14,359 nt of DNA from Microcoleaceae cyanobacterium (GCA_051652765.1 JBOFUV010000080.1:1-14359); one strand, 5' to 3'; positions 1 to 7,742 are shown, counted from the first letter of the stretch. Numbers and translations are program-made. The notes: generated by a model from the sequence alone, not told the origin.

Positions 1-2084
1 GACCACATTAAGAACCGTTCAAACAAAGTCAGATGCCAGCTAAAATCTCCTAAAGCCTGACGTTTTTGCAACGCAAAGTAGACAAATGCTGACACACTCA
101 CTAACCGAATTCCCAAGTTTTGAGTTACAACCGCAAAAGGCACAAGCCAGGTAAAATACCAAGCATGAACAATCGGCGATAGAACGATCAAACTGACTAG
201 ATAAGCCTGAGAAAAATTTAAAAACCGTTCTGTCCAAGTCTGATTTAACCGAATAATAAAGGTTTGCCAATAGTCCTGAACAATGATCCAAGTCAGCACT
301 AAAACCAAGGGAATTAAATAAATCGAATTCTTGGCAGGAAGTTGAGGCCAAAGTTGATGCAGAATATAGGGAAAAAATTCCGCACTCCGTCCATGGGAAA
401 CAAACCCTGAACGGGTGGGAATCAGTGAACAACTGTCCCAGGAACAAAACGGCAAAGCACTCAGAATTAACGGTAAGCTCCCCAGAAAAAATACTGCGAT
501 CGCCCCTCGAAATCGAGGCAATTGTAACCAGGCTAACCCCACTAAAATTGGCAGAGATATCCATTTGATCGCAATACTGATTCCCAGCAAAACAGCACTC
601 CAACTCCAGTTTTTGGGACAACAAATCACCCAGGCTGCCACAACCGGAAGAATAAACCAACTGTCATAGTGCCCACCCCCTGCAAACGCATAAATGACCA
701 AGGGATTCCAGCCATAGATTAACGCTTTCTGAAGCCCAAATCGACGACTGAGCAACCAACAGGTAATCACATCTGCGGCGACAAAAGCTAGCTTAAACAA
801 CAGCACCGAGGGCATAATCACTGCCAACAATCGAAAGCCCAGTTGGGCAATCGGTGGATAAATGGCAGAAGTCCCACCATTATTAATCAACGTCCACCAA
901 GCTGTGCGATAGGGTTCTAGTTCAGGAGCAATGGGAGCCCATTGATAGGGACTGAACCCCAGAGTTTGAATATATCCTTCCCAGAGATAGCGCCAGATAT
1001 CGTCCCCTGGATACATGGGCAACAACAGTAACCGAGAGAGCAGAGCAACTCCCCAAAACCACAGCCTAGAAATTTTGTGGATCAACCCGCTGAGCAAAAA
1101 CCCCCCTCCCATTAGACCTGCCCCAACCCAGAACTGATCTACGGCTCCAACCTGACGAAAATCCCCATGGGGAGCCATCCAAATACATCCTGCTAACAGC
1201 AGAACAGCACTGACCCAAACAAGGAGAAACTGAACATTCCGATGTCTGGCCCGTAGATCTTCTGTTTGCAAGTCTTCTGCCTGTAAGTCTTGAGATAAAT
1301 GCTCTTGAGATAAACGCCCTTGCAACAAACGCTGACCGTATAGTTTTCCTAAGGTTGAAAGAATAACGGTTCCAGCTTTTACGCTACCGATCAATGTGCC
1401 AGAGATTTTGGAACGCCCTCCCTGCCGAGGACGGTAATTAACCGGAAGCTCGCAAATCCTCAACTTTAACTCAATGGCCTTAGCCTGCATTTCTACAGTC
1501 CAGCCAAAACTGCGATCGCTCATCTGCATTGCCTCCAAAGCAGTCCGACGAATCAAGCGCAATGGCCCTAAATCTTGATAGCGATACCCCCACCCCCAAC
1601 TCATTAATAGTGTGGCCAGGGAATTGCCAAAATTCTGTACAGGGGTCAGGGCCGATCGACCCTGGGAAGTCGCCCGACGGTTACCCAGAATCAAGTCAGC
1701 CTGCTCCATGACAGCGAAAAACTGAGGCAATTCACTCAGATCATCGCTGCCATCGCCATCACAAAACAGAATCCACCGAATCGGGTCGGGAATCTGCTGC
1801 AGTCCGCACCAACACGCCTGACCATAGCCTGCAATGGGTTCAATCCAAACGTCAGCTCCTGCCCGTCTTGCCTCGGTAATACTGTTGTCCGTACTCCCGT
1901 TATCCACAATTCGGATAGTCCTCAACCCTAACCCATATAAAGACTGAATCACGGTTGAGATTGTCGATGCTTCATTCAAAATCGGAATAATCACCAAAAT
2001 CTGATCCAGCAACGCGGAGTCATTGGCATTCTGATCCGCTCGAAGCAGAGAACAGTTTAGAAAACCTTGGGGTTGGAGTTGCAC
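1..2084 (-). CDS. Glycosyltransferase fusion: N-terminal GT2 (Dol-P-Man synthase-like) domain plus C-terminal multi-TM GT-C (GT87/DUF2029-like) domain; 3' end lies outside the window
   Basis: Manual translation of the minus strand gives an open frame from GTG 2084 (alternative TTG 2012) to the window edge. GT2 motifs: VIIPILNE, IVDNGSTD, GYGQAC, FCDGDGSDD, DLGPLRLIR, GWTVEMQ, SKISGT. Hydrophobic GT-C part: GDDIWRYLWEG, SPY, AIYPP, WNPL, GGGHYD, IK, HAWY. It is absent from the ORF track because no stop codon falls in the window. Confidence 0.9.
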   Translation of the reverse strand, partial: MQLQPQGFLNCSLLRADQNANDSALLDQILVIIPILNEASTISTVIQSLYGLGLRTIRIVDNGSTDNSITEARRAGADVWIEPIAGYGQACWCGLQQIPDPIRWILFCDGDGSDDLSELPQFFAVMEQADLILGNRRATSQGRSALTPVQNFGNSLATLLMSWGWGYRYQDLGPLRLIRRTALEAMQMSDRSFGWTVEMQAKAIELKLRICELPVNYRPRQGGRSKISGTLIGSVKAGTVILSTLGKLYGQRLLQGRLSQEHLSQDLQAEDLQTEDLRARHRNVQFLLVWVSAVLLLAGCIWMAPHGDFRQVGAVDQFWVGAGLMGGGFLLSGLIHKISRLWFWGVALLSRLLLLPMYPGDDIWRYLWEGYIQTLGFSPYQWAPIAPELEPYRTAWWTLINNGGTSAIYPPIAQLGFRLLAVIMPSVLLFKLAFVAADVITCWLLSRRFGLQKALIYGWNPLVIYAFAGGGHYDSWFILPVVAAWVICCPKNWSWSAVLLGISIAIKWISLPILVGLAWLQLPRFRGAIAVFFLGSLPLILSALPFCSWDSCSLIPTRSGFVSHGRSAEFFPYILHQLWPQLPAKNSIYLIPLVLVLTWIIVQDYWQTFIIRLNQTWTERFLNFSQAYLVSLIVLSPIVHAWYFTWLVPFAVVTQNLGIRLVSVSAFVYFALQKRQALGDFSWHLTLFERFLMW
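1258..1332. repeat. Five degenerate 15-bp tandem units encoding the GT2/GT-C linker (RLLQG RLSQE HLSQD LQAED LQTED)
   Basis: tcttctgtttgcaag / tcttctgcctgtaag / tcttgagataaatgc / tcttgagataaacgc / ccttgcaacaaacgc. Confidence 0.75.
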
Positions 2085-2264
2085 AGGACAATGATTCTAA
2101 AATCTAGTCGATAGCTCTGATTCAAACCCAGCAAAATGAGTTTTGCCTGAGAAGGAGTTGAGTCCTATCTGAAACTAGGAAATTGAGCATATTGTTCACA
2201 GGAACGGGGTTAATTGAGAAAAGTTACTAGGGATTAGAACAACCCAAAGCCAGAGTTCTCCAAA

Positions 2265-2273
2265 TGATATAAT
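2265..2273 (+). promoter_or_regulatory. Extended -10 promoter element for the small Cys protein
   Basis: TG-A-TATAAT is a perfect extended -10 consensus, ending 16 nt before ATG 2290. Confidence 0.6.
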
Positions 2274-2289
2274 CTTCCCGTTCAATTGA

Positions 2290-2538
2290 ATGAGTCCTAT
2301 AGAGATGTCAGAAGAAAATATGTCAGAAGAAAATACCCAAGCTTGTCCCATTTGTGGTGTGAAAATTGTCAAGTCTTTAGGAGGCGATCAGGTCTTATTT
2401 TCTTCTGGGCCTCCAGGAACACGAGCCAAGCTTTCAGCCCGAGTCTGTCAGTTTGTCACACAGGCAGGATGCATCAATAAAGATCCAAATTTGGTCGGTG
2501 AAATCAAACCTGAAGATTACTATAAATCTGAGCTTTAA
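2290..2538 (+). CDS. Small hypothetical protein with CxxC plus two more Cys (possible metal-binding); true start may be 2305 or 2320
   Basis: ORF with CPICGVKI...GGDQVLFSSGPPGTRAKL.ARVC...GCIN, which resembles conserved cyanobacterial small hypotheticals as I recall them; good upstream promoter. Confidence 0.75.
   Translation: MSPIEMSEENMSEENTQACPICGVKIVKSLGGDQVLFSSGPPGTRAKLSARVCQFVTQAGCINKDPNLVGEIKPEDYYKSEL
2305..2334 (+). repeat. Perfect 15-bp tandem duplication ATGTCAGAAGAAAAT x2 (MSEEN-MSEEN)
   Basis: Seen directly at 2305-2319 and 2320-2334. Confidence 0.9.
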
Positions 2539-2576
2539 ATGTCAAATGGTTTAGAGTTTAGGGTGTTGGGTTGGCT

Positions 2577-2615
2577 TTTAAGATCCTGGTTTAAGATCCT
2601 AGTTTAAGATATTCA
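2577..2615. repeat. 13-bp tandem repeat x3 (TTTAAGATCCTRG, third copy degenerate)
   Basis: tttaagatcctgg / tttaagatcctag / tttaagatattca. Confidence 0.8.
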
Positions 2616-2675
2616 GCTTTGTTTACTGACGACAACATCAGTTCCCAGGACGATCACGATCTTCTCAGATGACTG

Positions 2676-2713
2676 AAATAGAAATTGGCAAGCTGATAGA
2701 TTCAACTTGCCAA
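2676..2713 (-). terminator. Probable intrinsic terminator of the XRE regulator gene
   Basis: Minus strand reads TTGGCAAGTTGA-ATCTA-TCAGCTTGCCAA (12-bp stem, one G-U pair), then TTTCTATTT; lies between convergent genes. Confidence 0.6.
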
Positions 2714-2834
2714 ACCCAGTTGGAATAATAGAAGAAGTTAGTAGTCTTAACGTGTAGATATAACCCTCGGTCGGAACAAATTGATTAACCTAGAAAGATT
2801 TGCCAACTGTAATACTGCTAAATCGTTGCTAGAA

Positions 2835-3068
2835 CTACTGCTTAAAGTATTTCTGTAGGAGATCTGCTCCCTCATCTTTCATATCTGCAAGCTTTTGCTC
2901 AATAGCATGAAGCGCTAATTGTGATGGCTTCGCATGACCTCGCTCCCAACGATTTACAGTTTGAAAGGAAACTCCGAGGGATGCTGCTAGCTTCTCTTGA
3001 GATAATCCTAACCGCTGACGCAAAGAACGAATCAAACTAGGGGTGTCGCACATGAGATTGGATGACAT
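2835..3068 (-). CDS. XRE/Cro-C1 family helix-turn-helix transcriptional regulator
   Basis: IRSLRQRLGLSQEKLAASLGVSFQTVNRWERGHAKPS is a canonical HTH_3 pattern; short C-terminal helix GADLLQKYF. Confidence 0.92.
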   Translation of the reverse strand: MSSNLMCDTPSLIRSLRQRLGLSQEKLAASLGVSFQTVNRWERGHAKPSQLALHAIEQKLADMKDEGADLLQKYFKQ

Positions 3069-3103
3069 TTTTTTGCCTAATAAACTCTATTTCAAAATTA
3101 GGG

Positions 3104-3119
3104 TATAACACCTCTTATA
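3104..3119. promoter_or_regulatory. Candidate autoregulatory operator TATAACA-CC-TCTTATA
   Basis: 7-bp inverted half-sites with one mismatch and a 2-bp spacer, 36-51 bp upstream of the XRE start codon. Confidence 0.5.
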
Positions 3120-3299
3120 TTCAACAGTACGCTCACTGAACTTTACCTGAAATCGTTTGTTTCTAGAAAGTTAATCGCTCCCGGGGAAATCACTGAACTA
3201 AATTAAATACCTTGCGGAACCACCGTGAAAATACACGCAAATGCACTTGATAAAATGTGTTAGGATCTAGATAACTGATGAAAAGGTAAGAATTTTTTA

Positions 3300-3341
3300 T
3301 CAAAATATTCACTTCAAAATATTCACTTCAAAATATTCACT
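3300..3341. repeat. Perfect 14-bp tandem repeat TCAAAATATTCACT x3
   Basis: Copies at 3300-3313, 3314-3327 and 3328-3341. Confidence 0.95.
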
Positions 3342-3429
3342 CAGAAAGTCAAAGGTTCATGGCTGTTTTGATTGGTTTAGATCTCGTTCTTGACTGTCTA
3401 CTTCCCATTTCACTGAATTCCAAGGTGCT

Positions 3430-5583
3430 TCAATGTGTTGACTGGATTTCCTGATCGGTTAAATCGCTTCGCAGCATTACAATTGATCGAGATGAAACTG
3501 GCACCCCCTGTTCTCTAGTAAAGAAAATCTCGTTACTGATAAAATGGGGTTCCTTTGTGTCAATTAAAACCTGCCAGCGCCACTGGTACAAACGCTCTGG
3601 CAGAGAAAACTCAAGCCTTTCATAATGAGCATTGAACAAAATCAAAAAACTTTCGTCCATTACTCGCTCTCCCTGAGGGCCACGGACTGGAATTTCCTCT
3701 CCATTGAGAAAGACTCCAATGGCCTTGGCAAACCCAGCATTCCATTGTTCTTCTGTCATTTCTCGACCGTCCGGATTGTACCAGCTAATATCTTTGACCC
3801 CAGACCCATAAATCGCTCGTCCTTGAAACCATTTGCGTCGCCGAAATATCGGGTGGAGTCGCCGAAAGTAAATCAACTGTCGGGTAAAGTCTAGCAACGT
3901 TGCGTTACTGTCTTGAAGTTCCCAATCAATCCAAGACACTTCATTGTCCTGGCAGTAGGCATTGTTATTCCCCCGTTGAGTTCGTCCCAACTCATCCCCA
4001 CTCACAATCATGGGCACGCCTTGGGACAGCATCAAGGTGACTAGGAAGTTTCGCCGTTGACGGCTCCGAAGAGCAAGCACACCAATCTCATCCGTTTCAC
4101 CCTCGGCACCACAGTTCCAGGAACGGTTATGGCTCTCTCCATCCTGGTTGCCTTCCCCATTGTCTTTGTTATGTTTTTCGTTGTAGCTGACCAAATCATT
4201 TAAAGTAAATCCATCATGGGCAGTGATAAAGTTAATACTGGCATGGGGATTCCGCCCGTTATTTTTATACAAATCAGAGCTACCGGTAAAACGATAGGCA
4301 AACTCTGTCAGAGAACTCTGTTCCCCGCGCCAAAAATCCCGAATTGTATCCCTGTATTTGCCATTCCATTCTGACCAGAGCAAGGGGAATTTCCCCACTT
4401 GGTAGCCCCCTTCCCCCACATCCCAGGGCTCAGCAATCAGCTTGACATTGGACAACACTGGATCTTGGTGAATAATATCGAAAAAGGCAGCCAGACTATC
4501 GACTTCATACAGTTCCCGTGCCAACGCCGAAGCCAAATCAAACCGGAACCCATCAACGTGCATCTCCAATACCCAATAGCGCAGGCTATCCATAATCAGC
4601 TTCAACACTTGGGGATGGGAAACGTTCAGAGAGTTGCCGCACCCCGTAAAGTCCATGTAGTAGCGCTGATCCTCATCGACCAAACGATAGTACACGGCAT
4701 TATCAATTCCCCGCAGGGACAGGGTCGGGCCATGGTGATTTCCTTCTCCGGTGTGGTTATAGACCACATCGAGAATGACTTCAATTCCCCCTGAATGAAG
4801 GGCTTTCACCATTTCCTTGAACTCTTGAACCTGAGCGCCAGGAGTTTTGTTAGCGCTGTATCCGGAGTAGGGAGCGAAGTAACAGATCGAGTCATAACCC
4901 CAATAGTTGCTCAGTCCTTTGTCTACTAAGTGTCCCGGCTTTGATAAGAAGTGATGAATTGGCATGAGTTCCACCGCTGTGATGCCCAAGGACTGAAGAT
5001 AGGCGATCGCCGCTGGATGCCCCAACCCAGCATAGGTTCCTCGCAATGCTGCTGGAATGCCGGGATGCAGCTTTGTCAGACCCTTAACATGCATCTCATA
5101 GATGACGGTTTCATGTTCAGGAATCCGCAACAGTTCATCTCCTTCCCAGTTAAAAGCGTCATTGATCACCACCGCTTTAGGAATCAGATGAGCATCATCC
5201 AGGTCTGAAAAGGATAGATCTTTTTTGGGGTGTTCCCAAACATAGGCAAAAGTCTCTTCTCCATAGCCAATCTCCCCATCCAGGGCCCTAGCATATGGAT
5301 CAATCAGCAGCTTGTTGGGATTGAAGCGATGACCTTCTAGGGGTGAGTAGGAACCATGCACCCGAAACCCATAACGTTGACCAGGGGCAACTCCCGGAAT
5401 ATAACCATGCCAAACAAAATTTGTAACTTCAGCGAGAGGAATTCGAGTTTCTAAATCCTCGCTATCAAATAGGCAGAGTTCAACACTGGTCGCATTTTCA
5501 CTGTAGAGCGAAAAATTTGTTCCTTTCCCGTCCCAGGCTGAACCAAGGGGATAGGGGTTACCAGGCCAAACAGGTAAGTACAT
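3430..5583 (-). CDS. glgX: Glycogen debranching enzyme (isoamylase-type, GH13 with CBM48)
   Basis: Motifs WPGNPYPLG, NPNKLLIDPYA, NYWGYD, DVVYNHT, VDGFRFDLA, IAEPWD, INFITAHDGFTL, GNNNAYCQDN. Confidence 0.98.
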   Translation of the reverse strand: MYLPVWPGNPYPLGSAWDGKGTNFSLYSENATSVELCLFDSEDLETRIPLAEVTNFVWHGYIPGVAPGQRYGFRVHGSYSPLEGHRFNPNKLLIDPYARALDGEIGYGEETFAYVWEHPKKDLSFSDLDDAHLIPKAVVINDAFNWEGDELLRIPEHETVIYEMHVKGLTKLHPGIPAALRGTYAGLGHPAAIAYLQSLGITAVELMPIHHFLSKPGHLVDKGLSNYWGYDSICYFAPYSGYSANKTPGAQVQEFKEMVKALHSGGIEVILDVVYNHTGEGNHHGPTLSLRGIDNAVYYRLVDEDQRYYMDFTGCGNSLNVSHPQVLKLIMDSLRYWVLEMHVDGFRFDLASALARELYEVDSLAAFFDIIHQDPVLSNVKLIAEPWDVGEGGYQVGKFPLLWSEWNGKYRDTIRDFWRGEQSSLTEFAYRFTGSSDLYKNNGRNPHASINFITAHDGFTLNDLVSYNEKHNKDNGEGNQDGESHNRSWNCGAEGETDEIGVLALRSRQRRNFLVTLMLSQGVPMIVSGDELGRTQRGNNNAYCQDNEVSWIDWELQDSNATLLDFTRQLIYFRRLHPIFRRRKWFQGRAIYGSGVKDISWYNPDGREMTEEQWNAGFAKAIGVFLNGEEIPVRGPQGERVMDESFLILFNAHYERLEFSLPERLYQWRWQVLIDTKEPHFISNEIFFTREQGVPVSSRSIVMLRSDLTDQEIQSTH

Positions 5584-5846
5584 AAAGGGAGTTGTAACTT
5601 GTGTTGAGAAAGAAAGGACAGGCAGATAACTGGAATCTTGGAACGTTTACAAGATAACCCTGACAAAATTCAGTTCAGGGAGTAAACGTCAGCTCTGAGT
5701 GTGCCTCAAATCCCTAAGATAATACTAGTCAAAAACTGGAAAATTGGATGTTTGCTGTCTGATATTGGCTGACATTGAGGGTGGGCCTTGTCCTGTTCCC
5801 TGATCAAATCTGCTAAAGGATTCCTACCTACGACCGAACCCTGCTC

Positions 5847-5891
5847 CTTACATATTCAACAAAGTTATACATCTTGGTATATGAGTACACT
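5847..5891 (+). promoter_or_regulatory. Putative sRNA promoter with degenerate HLR1 (RpaB)-like direct repeat
   Basis: TCAACAAA-GT-TATACATC (5856-5873, ACA cores 10 bp apart, two mismatches per half to KTTACAWW), an upstream CTTACATA, and -10 candidates TATATG (5878) or TACACT (5886). RpaB/HLR1 control of PsrR1 is established in Synechocystis. Confidence 0.4.
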
Positions 5892-5986
5892 AACAAACAC
5901 TACCGTAATCTACTATGGTAACAATAACCCAACAATACCGAGCACAATTAGGCAAGCTCGCCATAGAGATGGCGAGCTTTTTCTTT
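5892..5986 (+). ncRNA. psrR1: PsrR1 (SyR1)-like photosynthesis regulatory sRNA; 5' end approximate
   Basis: Intergenic A/C-rich unit with core CTATGGTAAC...ACCCAACAATACCGAG (5913-5942), which matches my recollection of the PsrR1 conserved core, directly followed by a strong terminator. Not verified by a covariance-model search. Confidence 0.65.
5954..5986 (+). terminator. Intrinsic terminator
   Basis: AAGCTCGCCAT-AGAG-ATGGCGAGCTT perfect 11-bp stem followed by TTTCTTT; no plus-strand protein gene upstream, which supports an sRNA. Confidence 0.9.
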
Positions 5987-6252
5987 CTTCCGAGATTAGG
6001 CTAGGGAATCAAGATCCAACAACAGTTACCTGTCTGCGCCTTACAAAGGAGCAATAATTCCTAGCTATCCATAAATTCAACTCAGAAAACTATCTTTCCT
6101 TAGAAACTTTATCAAAAACTTATGAGAAGCACTTTCACAAGAGCAACTTCTATCAATCAAACTCTACCAATCACAAACCCGAGACAAGACAGACTCGAAT
6201 GAACTGCAAGCTACAATCGAAACCTGTATAGATCGCGCTATCACCATGACAG

Positions 6253-6287
6253 CCCATCAATACCGAACACATCAGGCAATCTTGCTA
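6253..6287 (+). repeat. Degenerate second copy of the sRNA core and left terminator arm
   Basis: cccatcaataccgaacaca-tcaggcaatcttgcta vs 5928-5963 cccaacaataccgagcacaattaggcaagctcgcca: 29 of 36 aligned positions identical by hand count. Confidence 0.7.
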
Positions 6288-6423
6288 GCTCAAACCGCTT
6301 TAACTTTTTGTTCTTTAACTTTTTTATTATTTATGAATAGTAGCATTTTACTGAGAAAGTGTCCAATGAATGTTCAAGACCACTACAGTTGTTAAAGTCA
6401 ACATCAGGCAATCAGAATTCCAG

Positions 6424-7656
6424 TCAGCCTTGAATTGCTTCAACTGCTGCTTCTAGGGCGATCGCCACATGAGTCCAATGGCTGCCGCCCTGACAGAACA
6501 CAAGATAAGGCTCTCGAAGCGGGCCATCAGCAGAAAACTCCGAGGTACTGCCATCAATGAATGTTCCTCCAGCCATCACGAGTTGACTTTCGTATCCCGG
6601 CATCTCAGCCGGAACCGGGTCAAGGTAGGAACCAATCGGAGAGTACTTCTGCACCGCTCGACAAAAGGCAATTAATTTTTGGGGAGAACCCAATTTAATG
6701 GCTTGAATGACATCTCGACGGGGTGCAAAGGGTTGAGGATTCACTGGATAACCAAGTTGGTCAAAGACATAGGCAACTAAGTGAGTGCCTTTGAGGGCTT
6801 CTCCGACCATCTGCGGAGCCAGAAATAGCCCCTGAAAGAGTAAACGATTTTGGTCAAAGGTAGCTCCGCCACTGCTGCCAATTCCTGGGGCAGTCAAACG
6901 ACAGGTTGCCGCTTCCACGAGTTCAGCTCGTCCTGCCACATATCCACCCGCCGGAACGATTGTTCCACCCGGATTTTTGATCAGAGATCCAGCGATTAAA
7001 TCCGCACCAACGGCGGGAGGCTCCTGAATATCTACAAATTCTCCATAACAGTTGTCTACAAAACAAATTGTGTTCGGGTTTTGTTTTTTGACGCTACAGA
7101 CAATTGCTTCGATGTCAGCGATTGAAAGACTAGAACGCCAAGAGTATCCACAGGATCGTTGAATCAGTGCTACTTTAGTATGGGGCTGAATGGCGGACTG
7201 AAGAGTTTCCCGGTCAACAGAGCCTGCTGGAGTAAGGTCTAGTTGACGGTATTGGATACCAAATTCCCTCAGAGACCCTTGGTTCTCTCCCCTGAGGCCA
7301 ATCACCTCTTCTAGAGTGTCATAGGGCTGACCTGCAATGGCTAACAGTTCGTCACCTGGGCGCAGAACACCAAATAAAGCACAGGCGATCGCATGAGTTC
7401 CCGAGACAAATTGCACTCGCACTGCTGCTGCTTCTGCCCCCATCACTTCAGCAAAGACCTTGTCGAGGGTCTGACGGCCCAAATCATCATGGCCATAGCC
7501 TGTAACCGAGGCAAAGTGGTGAGTTCCAACTCGGTATCTCTGGAAAGCCCCTAAAACTTTTGCTAGGTTTTGCTTGACCTGGATGTCGATTCCGTCAAAA
7601 ATCGAACATAGTGCTTGTTTTGCTTCATCTAGCTGCTGGGAACTGTAGCTAATCAT
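6424..7656 (-). CDS. YnbB-like PLP-dependent methionine gamma-lyase / 'aluminium resistance' family protein
   Basis: Motifs TGYGHDDLGR, FVSGTHAI, QRSCGYSWR, FVDNCYGEF, AGSLIKNPGG (PLP lysine), MAGGTFIDGST.E.SADGP. Confidence 0.93.
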   Translation of the reverse strand: MISYSSQQLDEAKQALCSIFDGIDIQVKQNLAKVLGAFQRYRVGTHHFASVTGYGHDDLGRQTLDKVFAEVMGAEAAAVRVQFVSGTHAIACALFGVLRPGDELLAIAGQPYDTLEEVIGLRGENQGSLREFGIQYRQLDLTPAGSVDRETLQSAIQPHTKVALIQRSCGYSWRSSLSIADIEAIVCSVKKQNPNTICFVDNCYGEFVDIQEPPAVGADLIAGSLIKNPGGTIVPAGGYVAGRAELVEAATCRLTAPGIGSSGGATFDQNRLLFQGLFLAPQMVGEALKGTHLVAYVFDQLGYPVNPQPFAPRRDVIQAIKLGSPQKLIAFCRAVQKYSPIGSYLDPVPAEMPGYESQLVMAGGTFIDGSTSEFSADGPLREPYLVFCQGGSHWTHVAIALEAAVEAIQG

Positions 7657-7742
7657 AGGAACTACTTTCTGTGAGAGTGGTGGATATTATGACGCAAGTA
7701 AGGTACATCAGATAACTTGACTAAACTTGATTCAATACATTC

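Noticed and set aside
40..1711. Track ORFs 40..660(-), 415..669(+) and 1529..1711(+)
   Set aside because: Off-frame or antisense shadows of the real GT fusion frame.
2286..2480. 64-aa alternative-frame ORF
   Set aside because: Overlaps the more plausible 4-Cys ORF and has no recognisable motif.
2290..3068. Small protein plus XRE as a toxin-antitoxin pair
   Set aside because: The genes are convergent, about 300 bp apart with a terminator between them, and the small protein has no toxin motif.
3625..5666. Short ORFs antisense to or overlapping glgX
   Set aside because: Shadows of a well-conserved gene.
5877..5890. GTA-N8-CAC as an NtcA site
   Set aside because: Mismatch to GTA-N8-TAC and no properly spaced -10; likely chance.
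5788..6057. 89-aa ORF, and a 29-aa ORF at 5915-6004
   Set aside because: Both read through a strong terminator and lack an RBS; the region is better explained as an sRNA locus.
6246..6395. 49-aa hydrophobic ORF (MTAHQYRTHQ...) as a type I toxin
   Set aside because: No RBS, and the hydrophobicity derives from T-rich low-complexity DNA; unsupported without Ribo-seq.
5913..6413. Repeats as a CRISPR array
   Set aside because: Copies are degenerate, irregularly spaced and non-palindromic, and there are no cas genes.
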